This document shows positions 9,692-20,891 of a DNA stretch of 64,000 nt, in pieces. A model generated the notes under the pieces. It saw only the letters and a list, made by a program, of their open reading frames with translations. It searched no databases and was not told where the DNA came from. The position numbers and the translations under genes are program-made. Numbering within the stretch: the first letter of the stretch is position 1; every line of letters starts with the position of its first letter. Location: positions 45,033-109,032 of IMG/VR virus record IMGVR_UViG_3300042880_000420. One strand, written 5' to 3'. The stretch is from a virus.

Positions 9692-12175
9692 TTAATCTAA
9701 AAATTCTAACTGACCACCAGCTTTTAAAAATTGTTGAATTTGATCTTCATCCATTTCTACCACCTGTCCACCAAGTTGTTCTCCACCGTTTTTAAAAACA
9801 CCAGCTTGCTGTAGTTTTTTATACATTTTAGCAGATTCACTTTTTACTTGTCTTTTAAGAAGTTCTCTTCTTTGTGCTAAAGTTATTTGTTTTAAAGTTT
9901 TATTTCTTAATTCTGGATATATTTCTACACCATAACCTTTACTATTAATTGTACCATCTTTATTAACACCACCACTCCATTTCTTTAAAGCATAATTTAT
10001 ATCTGTGTTAGGTTCATAATATTTACTATCAAATATTCCATCCACTTCACCAAACATTAAAGTTTCTCTAGCATTAAGTCCTGCTTCCAATGTAGGAAAA
10101 GCTGCAAAATATCCGGGACCATCTGTTTGTTTAATCGGAGATTTTACTGCTCCAAATTTTGAAAACACAGGATTATAAATAATATTACCTGGATTATTAA
10201 GTTTTGTTGCAACATCTTTTTCATTAGGATTGGGAATACTAGGCCCAGCAGAATAATTTCTAGTTGGTCTAACAACTGCTCTTGTATTATCTATAGTTTT
10301 TGTATCATTTACAATTGGTTTAGAAATTTTAACATAATCTTTTAGAGAAACAACAATGGGCATGTTTTTCATAAGTTCAAGTGGACTACTAATTGGAGCA
10401 GCTAATTGTGGACTTGCAAATAAATTGCTAAATCCACCACCAACTTGATAACTAGGAACTTCCATACCATACTTACCGTACATACCTTTATAAGAAAATG
10501 TACCTGTATTATAAGGTTTAAATGCACCATATGTAGAACCTGTTACACCATAATCACCTTTACTAGAACCTTGAGGATTTGTAAACATAGCTGCTGTACT
10601 ACCCATATTCATAGCAGCAGCATCCATATTTCTTTTTCTATTTCTTTCGTTTAATACATTACCAATAGTACCAGCAAGTTCTACACCAGTTTGCATTGTA
10701 TTTGCAATTTTACCAGCAGTTCTACCAAACTTCTGTATATCTGTTTGACCTGTTCTAAATCTAGCACCTTTTCCTTCTTCTTTAAGTTGTTCCCAAAGTT
10801 CAGGATCTTGTTTCTTTATGTTAGTTAATTGTTTATTATCTTTAGACCATGTAGTAAAACCTGTATTTGGATCTACCGCATTACTGTATTGACTTGAATC
10901 AAAAGGTTCAATATTTTGTTGTTCTTCATCATACTGCTCTTCATCCATATTTAATCCACCAAGGTCAGGACTTTCATATAATTCATTTCTTCTATTTCTC
11001 CTACTACCGTTTACTCCGTCACCATATATTCCAGATTCTTGATTTTCATCTTCAATATCATATTGGAAATTTGTATCAATGTTGTACGAACCATCGCCAG
11101 AAGCAGACCAAGATTGTCCAGCAGAAACATCTACAGGACTACCTGATGTGGGAGGTGTAGATGATGTTACTGTAGAACCTTCTTGAAAATAATATCCACT
11201 ACCTGGTACATATGTACCAGAGTCTGTATTTCTATGAAACTTACCATCCATTCCATAATACCCACCTTTTTTAAACATAGTTCTCATTGCGGGAAATATA
11301 GCAGTACCACCTTTTTCATACATGCCTCCACATTCATAACAAGGTTGACCACCTTGTTTCATTTTAGAAACATAATTAATAAGCTCGTTATTTTGTGTAG
11401 CACTACCCGTATAATTTTTTAAACCATATGATTCAGCAAGTTTTTTTCTTTCTGCAAATGAACTGTCTTTACCTTTTGATTTTAATAAATCAACAATGCT
11501 TGAATACTTATTTAATGGTGTAGAATAAGATGCACCAATAGCCCCCACTTCACGCATTGTTTGTGCGGGAGACATTGTAGATTGCAATGTTTTAGCAGCA
11601 CCAAAATCTTTTAAAGGTACAGTTTGTAAATTATTCTTAATTAATTCTTTAGGAAGATTATAATTATTTACAATAGGTGCTAAAACTTTAAGAGGTTGCA
11701 ATGTTTTACTTCTATCTATATAAGGAGTATTAGCTGCCATTCCAGGTCTTGACCACATACCAGTAGATGTTTGCCATCCTGTGGTAGGTTGATTGCTTGC
11801 ATATCCTTCAAAATCAGGATTGATATATCCGCCAGGTTCATTTACAGTAGGTATTTTATCAAAAGTTTCAACCATTGGACCAATAGCTCTACCCATTCTG
11901 TCAAATGATCTAGGTCTTTTAAAAGTACCAGATTCATCACGTACCATTGGTTGTAGTTGTGGAGTATAATTAATCATACCTACATTTCCTTGTGTATTAA
12001 CTCCAACTCTATTACGTAAATTTTCAGGAATTTCTACATTTATTCCATTTTGTGCTTCCATTAATTCACCACACATATCGGGGTAGTCTGAACAAAAAGA
12101 TGCTTGATCAGGATATTGATTATAAAAATCATCTTCTGATAATCCTGTTAATTCTAAAATACTTTGTTTATTCAT
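9692..12175 (-). CDS. Modular virion protein with DUF3597-like module and lysozyme-like (NNPGNI) domain (827 aa)
   Basis: SIVDLLKSKGKDSSFAERKKLAESYGLKNYTGSATQN (DUF3597-like); LNNPGNI...FAAFPTLEAG (lysozyme-like, PM2 P5-type); xxGG motifs between modules. Confidence 0.65.
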   Translation of the reverse strand: MNKQSILELTGLSEDDFYNQYPDQASFCSDYPDMCGELMEAQNGINVEIPENLRNRVGVNTQGNVGMINYTPQLQPMVRDESGTFKRPRSFDRMGRAIGPMVETFDKIPTVNEPGGYINPDFEGYASNQPTTGWQTSTGMWSRPGMAANTPYIDRSKTLQPLKVLAPIVNNYNLPKELIKNNLQTVPLKDFGAAKTLQSTMSPAQTMREVGAIGASYSTPLNKYSSIVDLLKSKGKDSSFAERKKLAESYGLKNYTGSATQNNELINYVSKMKQGGQPCYECGGMYEKGGTAIFPAMRTMFKKGGYYGMDGKFHRNTDSGTYVPGSGYYFQEGSTVTSSTPPTSGSPVDVSAGQSWSASGDGSYNIDTNFQYDIEDENQESGIYGDGVNGSRRNRRNELYESPDLGGLNMDEEQYDEEQQNIEPFDSSQYSNAVDPNTGFTTWSKDNKQLTNIKKQDPELWEQLKEEGKGARFRTGQTDIQKFGRTAGKIANTMQTGVELAGTIGNVLNERNRKRNMDAAAMNMGSTAAMFTNPQGSSKGDYGVTGSTYGAFKPYNTGTFSYKGMYGKYGMEVPSYQVGGGFSNLFASPQLAAPISSPLELMKNMPIVVSLKDYVKISKPIVNDTKTIDNTRAVVRPTRNYSAGPSIPNPNEKDVATKLNNPGNIIYNPVFSKFGAVKSPIKQTDGPGYFAAFPTLEAGLNARETLMFGEVDGIFDSKYYEPNTDINYALKKWSGGVNKDGTINSKGYGVEIYPELRNKTLKQITLAQRRELLKRQVKSESAKMYKKLQQAGVFKNGGEQLGGQVVEMDEDQIQQFLKAGGQLEFLD

Positions 12176-12179
12176 ATTA

Positions 12180-12231
12180 TAAACTTTTAAAGTTTAATTA
12201 TTTTATATTAAACTATATATTATTAATTTAC
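12180..12231 (-). promoter_or_regulatory. Putative late promoter (GTAAATT) with palindrome TAAACTTTTAAAGTTTA
   Basis: Motifs at 12225-12231 and 12180-12196. Confidence 0.45.
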
Positions 12232-12250
12232 TTAATTTTATTGAGATGTC

Positions 12251-15200
12251 CTAATTTTTAAGATATTCTAACCAATTTTTATTATCTTTCTTAACAATAG
12301 GATTTAATGTAGATTGACCACCTATTGCAAACGTTTGTCCACCTTCTTCCCAAGTACCAAATCTTTTATGCCAGTATAAAGGACTAAATGGATCTGTTGC
12401 TTTAGAACTGTTTTTACCACCCATTCTATTCCAGAAGTTTTCTCTTCTTTGTTCAGAATGGTGTTGTTTAAAATCTTGCATTCCTTTATATCCACCATGT
12501 ACTACTTTATAATCATCACCTTTTTTAGCTAACACCATCCATTTTTTACCTGGTCTTGTACTTTGTTTTTTTGCACCTACACTAGTAAAGCCCATGTTTC
12601 TATATCTTTCTGGAATACCACCACCTTCAGCATAATTTGTATCTATAAAACTATTACCTCCTCTTGGTGCATAATGATGCTCACCTATATAATTTTGATC
12701 AACAACCCCTTCACTATCACCCATAAATTCTTGTCTTATAAAATTACCTTTTCTATCATATATATCTACAGGATAAGTTCTTGGCTGTATTAAATTTGTT
12801 AAATTTACAGTTTGTTTTGGAGAAATTGGAAGTAATTCAGCACGTGTTACAATTTTAGGGTTAATTAAAGTAGGTGCTACCATTTCTAATCTTTTTAAAT
12901 TAGTTTTTGGATGCACAAAAGTATTTATATTTGCAAATATAGGTAAATGATTATTATATTTATCTACATGATTAGGATCAATACCTATCATAGTAGGATA
13001 TTTTTTTTTCATATTATTCCAATAATTTATATCCACATCATTTTGTAACCACATTTTAGGTTTAGTTTGTCCTCCTGGTCCATACATAGAAATACCACCA
13101 TATTCCATTTCTTCTATTGGAAGTTCCATCATTCCTTTAGTTTCAGGATTATACATCATATAATCAGATACTGAATTTGCATAATCATCTACCATAGTAA
13201 GTTTAGAACTAACCCATGGTTCTAAATCAGAATTTGGTTGAATAAACTTACGAAGATTAGTTAGTTTATTAATAGCAGCATCAATTTGACCAATAGCCAT
13301 TTCACCATCAGGTTCCCCTCCACTACCATACATAGGAACATTCCCACCATTTTTATAATTCATACCATACATATCATTAGCTGCACGTTTATATCCTTTA
13401 GCCGCAAAATAATCAGCTATATCTTCTGTTGGAGTTTTAATATATTCTTGTCTTTGATCAGGTTGATATATTAGTTGTCCAGGTGCTGTTCTTAACATAG
13501 TTGAATTATTTCTTAATGGATTAGAAAATGTTTCTATAATAGTAGGAGATACATAATTATCTCCAAACCCCATTAATAAAGTAGACATATCATTACTATT
13601 AGGATTTTCTCCATCAATATATTTTGTAGGAATACCATTTTGATTACCAAATCCAGCAGCACGTTGCATAAAATTTTTATCTTGATTTCTTTGTAATAAA
13701 ACTTTAGAAATAGCATCCATGCTTGGATCATTTACCATAGGTTTTTTTGTTCTCCAATAAACTTCTTCTTCACCTCCATCTTGATAATGACTTTTAATTT
13801 TTCTTTCTTGATCCAACATTTGTTTTGTTGGTACTTTACCAGATCCTCTGTTATCCCTGATATTATCCCATAATCCACGTTTAGAATATGAACCATCTGC
13901 ACGTTTAATCATTTCTCCACCTTGTTCTTTTTTAGGATAATATATTCTATTATATATTGAATACGGCATACCTTTTGTTCTTTTTTGAGCAAAATCTTTT
14001 AAATCATATCTATCATAATATGATAAGTAATCCCCTTGTTTATCACGACCTCTACTAACACCAAATCTACCTAATAAACCAGCTCCATCTTTTCCACTTA
14101 TAGGGGTTTCAATTTCTGATTCATCCGTTTGTAAAATTTCTTTAAGTTTTACTTTATCTTTATACGAATTAAATATATCTTGTTCAAGCTGAGGATCTAC
14201 AGTATAATAATTTTTATCTACAGCATTAATTGTTGGTATATATTTAGATTTTTTTAAATACTTTAATTCATCTGGTGTACTTAAACCTAAATAAAATTTA
14301 AATGCTTCTTCACTTCTGGGGTCATAAGATTCCTCCCTTTGTTCATCCGAAACCCATCTTCCATAATTGCGTAAATCAAGATAACTAGAAGGATTAATTG
14401 TACGATAGGCTTTTTGTCTTTGAGGTAATGTTTCAGCAGGAAATGTTCTACTATTATAATTATTATAAGCATCTACATATGCTTTTTTTAAATTAGAAAT
14501 AAACCCTCCTCCTCCTTGCATCATAGGATACTCTGTAACTGGAGCTTGGTTAAATGTATAATCACCTTCAGGTTGCATCATAATTTCTTGACCATCTGCA
14601 CCAACTCCTAACACTGGATAGTTTACATCACGCATTGTAATATTAGGACTATCAATTTGTGTCACTTTACCTGGATGAGCCCATTGTCCTCTGTTGTCTT
14701 TTATTACCCCACCTTCTCTCATCTTAATATCACCACCACATTTATGACATGTCATAGGTTCCATTCCACCATCAGATAATTTCCATGACCAACCACAATT
14801 AGAACATGTTACTTTTCTATTTAGTGAATTTTTTGATACTAATCCACCATTTTTTCTTGAATCAATTATTGTTTCAGCACCTAATGTTCCTAACAATCCT
14901 CTATTAAAATTAACTCCTCTCATTATTACAGGATTTGTAGCTTGATTAACATAAGGAGTTAAATGAATATATTCTCCACTTCTATTTCCTAAATTTGCTA
15001 TTTTATTAGCATATGAACCTGGAGTTGTATTCCACATATCTCTTTTATATCCATAATTTTCAATAACTTTTGGTAAAAAAGCAGATGCAAAATTAATACC
15101 AGCACTTCCATAATTACCTTCTGCTACATCCATACCACCTTGAAATGCATCAATACCAGTACCTAAAACATTTCCCCATTTTCCTACAAGTTGAGCTTGC

Positions 15201-15493
15201 GGGATAGGTATAAAATTACCTACCTGCATTATATCAGTTAATATATCAGCTCCTTTTACTGCTGATTTTACATTTTTTTTTAATGCATATGCTTTTCTAT
15301 CTGCTTCACTAAGTGCTCTTCTTCCTGGAGTATCAGCATATCTATCTTCATTAAAAGAATAATACTTTGGTTGAGGAAGTCTGTTGCGAAACATTTCCTC
15401 TTCTGAAATAACTAAAGGCTTCCTATATGATGTATTATCTGATATAGGTACTACTTGTCTTCCATCTTGATATTTATCTAACCACTTTTTCAT
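12251..15493 (-). CDS. Modular xxGG-punctuated polyprotein-like virion protein (1080 aa)
   Basis: About 12 xxGG motifs separate distinct modules: Zn ribbon CSNC...CHKC, GQWAHPG module, RGLWDNIR module, LEPWVSSKLT module, and a C-terminal basic KKWMV...YWH module. Confidence 0.7.
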   Translation of the reverse strand: MKKWLDKYQDGRQVVPISDNTSYRKPLVISEEEMFRNRLPQPKYYSFNEDRYADTPGRRALSEADRKAYALKKNVKSAVKGADILTDIMQVGNFIPIPQAQLVGKWGNVLGTGIDAFQGGMDVAEGNYGSAGINFASAFLPKVIENYGYKRDMWNTTPGSYANKIANLGNRSGEYIHLTPYVNQATNPVIMRGVNFNRGLLGTLGAETIIDSRKNGGLVSKNSLNRKVTCSNCGWSWKLSDGGMEPMTCHKCGGDIKMREGGVIKDNRGQWAHPGKVTQIDSPNITMRDVNYPVLGVGADGQEIMMQPEGDYTFNQAPVTEYPMMQGGGGFISNLKKAYVDAYNNYNSRTFPAETLPQRQKAYRTINPSSYLDLRNYGRWVSDEQREESYDPRSEEAFKFYLGLSTPDELKYLKKSKYIPTINAVDKNYYTVDPQLEQDIFNSYKDKVKLKEILQTDESEIETPISGKDGAGLLGRFGVSRGRDKQGDYLSYYDRYDLKDFAQKRTKGMPYSIYNRIYYPKKEQGGEMIKRADGSYSKRGLWDNIRDNRGSGKVPTKQMLDQERKIKSHYQDGGEEEVYWRTKKPMVNDPSMDAISKVLLQRNQDKNFMQRAAGFGNQNGIPTKYIDGENPNSNDMSTLLMGFGDNYVSPTIIETFSNPLRNNSTMLRTAPGQLIYQPDQRQEYIKTPTEDIADYFAAKGYKRAANDMYGMNYKNGGNVPMYGSGGEPDGEMAIGQIDAAINKLTNLRKFIQPNSDLEPWVSSKLTMVDDYANSVSDYMMYNPETKGMMELPIEEMEYGGISMYGPGGQTKPKMWLQNDVDINYWNNMKKKYPTMIGIDPNHVDKYNNHLPIFANINTFVHPKTNLKRLEMVAPTLINPKIVTRAELLPISPKQTVNLTNLIQPRTYPVDIYDRKGNFIRQEFMGDSEGVVDQNYIGEHHYAPRGGNSFIDTNYAEGGGIPERYRNMGFTSVGAKKQSTRPGKKWMVLAKKGDDYKVVHGGYKGMQDFKQHHSEQRRENFWNRMGGKNSSKATDPFSPLYWHKRFGTWEEGGQTFAIGGQSTLNPIVKKDNKNWLEYLKN

Positions 15494-15499
15494 TTACTA

Positions 15500-18400
15500 T
15501 TATTTTTGAGATATTTGAAGTTTTGTATTAATAAATTTGAATATCATTTTAATATCCCCTCTTCCATCTACACCTTCTTTTCTTATTTCTGGAGGATTCT
15601 TTCTAAGAAGCACCTTGCTTACATTGTGTCTAAATTTCTTTTTCTGTGTAGACGACTTATAATAATCTACACTAAAAGGATTTACAAACCAGTTATATCC
15701 ATTAGGAAATGTTGTTGTAAGAATATTTTCGACACCACTAAATTCTCCTCTGTCTTTTGTAATATCATTAAACTGATTAAATCTATATTTTTGTTCTTCT
15801 TTAGAGAATAATATTTCTGTAGATCCTGTAGGATTAATTATTGGATAATTAAGATATTGGAAAGGATTAGACTTAGATTTTAAATTAAGATTAAGCAATC
15901 CAGATATTTGTTCTGAGTTATAAACAATAGCTGAATCAAAGTTATAATCTAATAAATGAAACTTATCTTGTCCATTAGCACTATACTTATATGCTTCTAA
16001 ATAATATTCTACATTACGCATTGTAGTAACAGTAGTTCCTGTTGGAAATGCATATTCTATTTCAAATGGATGATAGGTACCATAAAAATTACAAAAATCA
16101 TCCCATCTGTCGTTATGTCTCCACAATCCAGTTTGTGTTTGAAAACAAGTTTTATATGCTGTATAAAAATGTCTCTTAGAAGGAAGCATAAATGTAGGAT
16201 GCCAATCATGAAAACTAATCCATTGTTTATTCTTTACATCATAAGAAATAGTCCAAGATGCATCTTCAAAATATGCAGGGTCACATAATGAAATAGGAAT
16301 TTTAGAAAAAACACTAACAGGAGGAAGTATTTCTGTGTTATATTCTAAAGATTCTGTTAATGTATATACACACACAGGTTCTTCCACACCATATGTATAT
16401 TCTAAAACACCAGCACCTGAACAAGTATATTCATAATCTATAAATTCAGATTTATCATTTGTTGTAAATATTACATTAAGATCAGAAAATGAAGTTGCAT
16501 TTAATATTTCAAATTGTGTATTATCTATTAATGCAGCACCAAATCCTTCATAGGAGCCCTCAAGCTTTAATGTGTTGTTAACTTCAGTTATCTGTATAGG
16601 ATAGATATGAAGATATGTATTAGATACATCATCACCAGATGAACCCGGAAGTCTACTATCAGCATTCATTGCAGCAAGATCTGGATCTAATATTACCTGA
16701 CCATTTAATGTAATTCTAAAATTAGTATATGCTGTAGTAGGGTCTACACTATAAGAACATATTGCAACATAATAAATCTTTTCATTAGGTACATTATTCA
16801 AATAAATATTATATGTAATTGTATCATTAGGAATACCAGATGTAGCTGTTGTCTTAATCATTAGATAGTTTACAGGTCCATCTGAAGATGTTCCTGTATC
16901 ATTAATCCAAAAATTATTAAGTTGTCCAATATTAGTGTATGTACCAACAGCTGAACCATTATATCCAAGATCATACAATGCAGTTCCTAATGTGCCATAT
17001 GTTACACTTCCTAAAGGTTCTGTAGAATAATTAGTTGTAGATATTACAGGTGGCTCTGTTGTAACTTGTTGACATTGACCATTTATATACTGATATCCAG
17101 GAGGACAGTCATATGTATATAATGGCTCTACATTAACATTTATATTTCCATTATTTAAATAAAATCCAAATGCAGGATCGTATTGTATATCATTACGTTT
17201 TGGTATATAGTCTCTTTTAGAAAAATATACCACCTCATTAATATTGTCATATACAGTTGTTATACCAGCACCAATAACAGGATTATCACTTAAATTAAAA
17301 TTAGGAAAATAATTAATAAGTTGTAAAGGAAGATATCTGCTAAACCACCATTTCATATTTGATTTAGAAATTTCTTCAAGTTGTCCCGTGTATGCAAAAA
17401 TCTTACCTTGGTCTTGACTTACATAGAATACACCATAAGGTGTAGATGTAATACCCCATCTGCTTTGACATGAACCATATTCATATATTTGGTCTGAATT
17501 AACAAGACTCTGTAAAGGTTGATTAAATAATCCTCCATCTCCAATTGTTACTTTAATTCCTGTATCTGTTTGTAAACTATCAACACCCATAATTTGCATT
17601 GGGGATTGTCTATCTAACATTATTAAAGCACCTGTTTTATTTATTTGTTTTACAGAAGTAACTTTAGTAGGCATGTCTTTATAGTTATTAACTAAAAAAC
17701 TTTGCCAATTATCACGTTTAAGTTCTTCTTGTTGCGGTAAAGAATATTGAATTCTTCTTGGATAATAAGTGTAACATGTAGCCGCTACAAGTGGATTAAA
17801 TGAACGTGGTAAAACTTGACCCCATGTAACAAATTGATTATACATTCTAGATACAGAAAGAGAATAATCATACTTATAAAATGCTGAAAATTTTACATAA
17901 TCGCTTCTAAATAATGTAACAAGGTCTGTGTATCCATAAGGATCATAAAATCTTTTGCTTGCTTCATCTTCCCAATCTCTATATCCAACATTCACTTCAG
18001 ATTCTACAAAAAAATCTCTTACACCATTGCAAAATAAATAAAAGTTAGCAGCATCTACTTTCCAACCAGGATCGCCATTATAATCTTTACCAACAATAGT
18101 ACCTCCTTTGTTAAGTCTATAATATTTTTTAGGGCTTATTAAAATAGAATTGTCCACATATTGTTTTCTATTATCTACAAAATAATATGTACCGACAATA
18201 TTTTGATATTGTAAATAGTTATATGTAACATCTTCCGGTTGTTCAATAAGCCAATCATTAAAATATAAATAATTATTTTTCTCTGTGTACCGGTTTAAAT
18301 ATATGTCACCACCGAATAATATTGGTACTTCATTTATTGTATATACACAACTAGAAATGGGAATTTGTCTAATAGAATCAATCTGCCCATACTGCGATGC

Positions 18401-20890
18401 AAAATCTACTTTAATTGCACCATAATTAGATGATATTGTTCTTGTAAAACAATCCCCATTTACACCTAATATATTTTTAGAATCATCTACAATACCAGGA
18501 TTAGGCATTGCTGAATTTAATTTCATAATTATATATGGATTTCTATATAAATTATTTACAGAAAGTCCGTCAAATGATTGCACACTATCTTTTATATATC
18601 CATAATCAGATGTTGAAATTGTACTTGTTGTTGGGTTAAATGAGTTGTAAAATCCATGTGAATTAAACTGTGCGGCTAATTGCTCAGGTCCAATTAATGA
18701 TGTAACAAGTTCTGCTAATTTTTGTCCATTTGCTTTTAATCCTACAGCAATTTGCCATGCGGCTGTTATCACTGTATTTGCAAAAATTCTAGCAATATAT
18801 GATGCATTTCCAAATGTGTCTGGAGCTGAACCTATATTTACACCTAGTGTTAAATTATAAGGCATATCTGAATTACCTTGAACAGTAATTGGTTCAGCAC
18901 CTAAAGCAGCACTAAGAGTTTGAAATGCAGCTACTGTAATTGCAAAAATATTAACTAAATCAGCACTACGTTGACCAAGCAATTTAAATTCCGGATGTTT
19001 ATATGGAGCAGAATAACATCCAGACATTTGCCCATATGTATATCCATATATTCTTAAATTAAATGCACCTATGTATGGATTTTGAAATGTTGTGTCTGGT
19101 GAATGAAATGTTGCATAATTTGTTAATGCAGTCATTCCAACAGCACTTTCATAAAATGGATCTATTGTACTAATATCATTATAAGGATAGTTTTGCATTA
19201 AAACTTGTTGTCCTGTAGGATTGCTTGTTTTAGCATCTATAATATTGTATATCTCCATGTTGTTAACCATACCTTTGGCAATAACAGACTTATATCCTTC
19301 TCTTGAACCCCTTAATATTTCATATCCAACTATTGAATCTATTATATTTCCATTAATATCTTTAGGAGCTGTAATACCTTCAAATGATACACCAAGCACT
19401 CTAATCTTACCACCACCATTTGTAAAATGATTATCCAATGCATTATCAGGAAACTTATGATGTCTTATATTTTTTCCACATAAATCAAATGAACCATTAC
19501 CTGTACTGTTAGGTTGATTCCATACAACAGGATTATCATCAGGATATTTTTCTGTAGATTGCCAATATCCCATATATCCTGTTTTAACTAAAATACCACC
19601 ATCGAGTTGTAACAAATTGGGAGATGCAGTAATTGTTGCAGTGTTTTTAGTTTGCCAGTTGGTATCGTTTATACCACTGTAATTAATAGGTCTACCGGGA
19701 ATATGATAAGATGCAGATCTATCCCCAGTATTATATATCCATCTTATAAAAAATGAATACACCTCATCTCTCATGTATCCAACATTAGAACCAGCTTTAT
19801 GATAATAATCTTCAGGATATTCTACGGAATTCCACTTTGAAATAATTTTATTAGCTTGTGGTTGATAGTTAAAATCAGGTTTTGTATATATACCTGTTCT
19901 TAATAAATAATTTTGTAAAGGATAAATTCCATCTGATTTTTCTATAGCAGGTGTTATAAGTGGTAAATTAGCTATTGGTACAGTTACTAAACTAGGATCT
20001 AAACTATCAATATAAATAACAGATTGTCTTGTTGAATATACACCTAATTGTTTTGCTACTGTTTGTGAATTGACAATAGAAATTACAACCACCTCCATTT
20101 CAGTAAAGTCCGGATCTGTATTAGATACACTCAGCTTAATAGCTCCACCTACACCACTATGACTCCATATAGATACAGGATTAGAAACCATAAGATAGTC
20201 CGTCACTTTGATTTGATTAATCATATAAGCAATAGCCACTTGATATGTACCATTTTGTAATGTTCCAGACCCACTTCCTTTTTCAACTCGTAAACATGGT
20301 GTGTTTAATAATGGAGCAAGTCTTAATTGTTCACAATTTAATTGTGTAGTGTCTGTACATGTAACACAACCTGTAGGAGAACCTGCTGGCCAAATTCCTG
20401 GAGGATTTGATATGCTGACATTGTTATCATCAACGCAAACTTGTTTCCAAGGAATATTATTAATATCCATCACTCTATCTGGATTATTTCCATCAGACCA
20501 ATATATTTTTTCTGAACAGTCAAATGTTCTTCTTGAAGCCCCTGTTATTAAATGCTTGGTATTAAAACTTAAACAATCATCATTAACCAATGTTGTATAG
20601 GTGCAAGTTAATTCATTAAAAATACCTATCTCAGAATTAACATCATTTGTAGTAAATATTGCCCATCTATTTTCGTCTAAAGAAATACAACCAATTAATG
20701 TATATGGAAGATTAACACAAAAAAGATTGGAAGGTTCATTACCTACTACGCCAACCTGACCATCATGAGAATTATTAACTAAATTCCTAGCATGTGTCCA
20801 TTGCCCTTCGCCAATAAAAGTATCATTAGGATCTTTAAGCATCCCTTTGGTAAACGAATTCAGTTGATTTGGTGTTTCTTTATTTGCCAT
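15500..20890 (-). CDS. Tail stabilisation / muzzle protein (P22 gp10-like, crAss-type; 1796 aa)
   Basis: N-terminus FTKGMLKD...WTHARN...GNEPSN; GYMRDEVYSFFIRW; WTISYD...WISFHDWHP; size and gene order. Confidence 0.8.
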   Translation of the reverse strand: MANKETPNQLNSFTKGMLKDPNDTFIGEGQWTHARNLVNNSHDGQVGVVGNEPSNLFCVNLPYTLIGCISLDENRWAIFTTNDVNSEIGIFNELTCTYTTLVNDDCLSFNTKHLITGASRRTFDCSEKIYWSDGNNPDRVMDINNIPWKQVCVDDNNVSISNPPGIWPAGSPTGCVTCTDTTQLNCEQLRLAPLLNTPCLRVEKGSGSGTLQNGTYQVAIAYMINQIKVTDYLMVSNPVSIWSHSGVGGAIKLSVSNTDPDFTEMEVVVISIVNSQTVAKQLGVYSTRQSVIYIDSLDPSLVTVPIANLPLITPAIEKSDGIYPLQNYLLRTGIYTKPDFNYQPQANKIISKWNSVEYPEDYYHKAGSNVGYMRDEVYSFFIRWIYNTGDRSASYHIPGRPINYSGINDTNWQTKNTATITASPNLLQLDGGILVKTGYMGYWQSTEKYPDDNPVVWNQPNSTGNGSFDLCGKNIRHHKFPDNALDNHFTNGGGKIRVLGVSFEGITAPKDINGNIIDSIVGYEILRGSREGYKSVIAKGMVNNMEIYNIIDAKTSNPTGQQVLMQNYPYNDISTIDPFYESAVGMTALTNYATFHSPDTTFQNPYIGAFNLRIYGYTYGQMSGCYSAPYKHPEFKLLGQRSADLVNIFAITVAAFQTLSAALGAEPITVQGNSDMPYNLTLGVNIGSAPDTFGNASYIARIFANTVITAAWQIAVGLKANGQKLAELVTSLIGPEQLAAQFNSHGFYNSFNPTTSTISTSDYGYIKDSVQSFDGLSVNNLYRNPYIIMKLNSAMPNPGIVDDSKNILGVNGDCFTRTISSNYGAIKVDFASQYGQIDSIRQIPISSCVYTINEVPILFGGDIYLNRYTEKNNYLYFNDWLIEQPEDVTYNYLQYQNIVGTYYFVDNRKQYVDNSILISPKKYYRLNKGGTIVGKDYNGDPGWKVDAANFYLFCNGVRDFFVESEVNVGYRDWEDEASKRFYDPYGYTDLVTLFRSDYVKFSAFYKYDYSLSVSRMYNQFVTWGQVLPRSFNPLVAATCYTYYPRRIQYSLPQQEELKRDNWQSFLVNNYKDMPTKVTSVKQINKTGALIMLDRQSPMQIMGVDSLQTDTGIKVTIGDGGLFNQPLQSLVNSDQIYEYGSCQSRWGITSTPYGVFYVSQDQGKIFAYTGQLEEISKSNMKWWFSRYLPLQLINYFPNFNLSDNPVIGAGITTVYDNINEVVYFSKRDYIPKRNDIQYDPAFGFYLNNGNINVNVEPLYTYDCPPGYQYINGQCQQVTTEPPVISTTNYSTEPLGSVTYGTLGTALYDLGYNGSAVGTYTNIGQLNNFWINDTGTSSDGPVNYLMIKTTATSGIPNDTITYNIYLNNVPNEKIYYVAICSYSVDPTTAYTNFRITLNGQVILDPDLAAMNADSRLPGSSGDDVSNTYLHIYPIQITEVNNTLKLEGSYEGFGAALIDNTQFEILNATSFSDLNVIFTTNDKSEFIDYEYTCSGAGVLEYTYGVEEPVCVYTLTESLEYNTEILPPVSVFSKIPISLCDPAYFEDASWTISYDVKNKQWISFHDWHPTFMLPSKRHFYTAYKTCFQTQTGLWRHNDRWDDFCNFYGTYHPFEIEYAFPTGTTVTTMRNVEYYLEAYKYSANGQDKFHLLDYNFDSAIVYNSEQISGLLNLNLKSKSNPFQYLNYPIINPTGSTEILFSKEEQKYRFNQFNDITKDRGEFSGVENILTTTFPNGYNWFVNPFSVDYYKSSTQKKKFRHNVSKVLLRKNPPEIRKEGVDGRGDIKMIFKFINTKLQISQK

Positions 20891-20891
20891 C

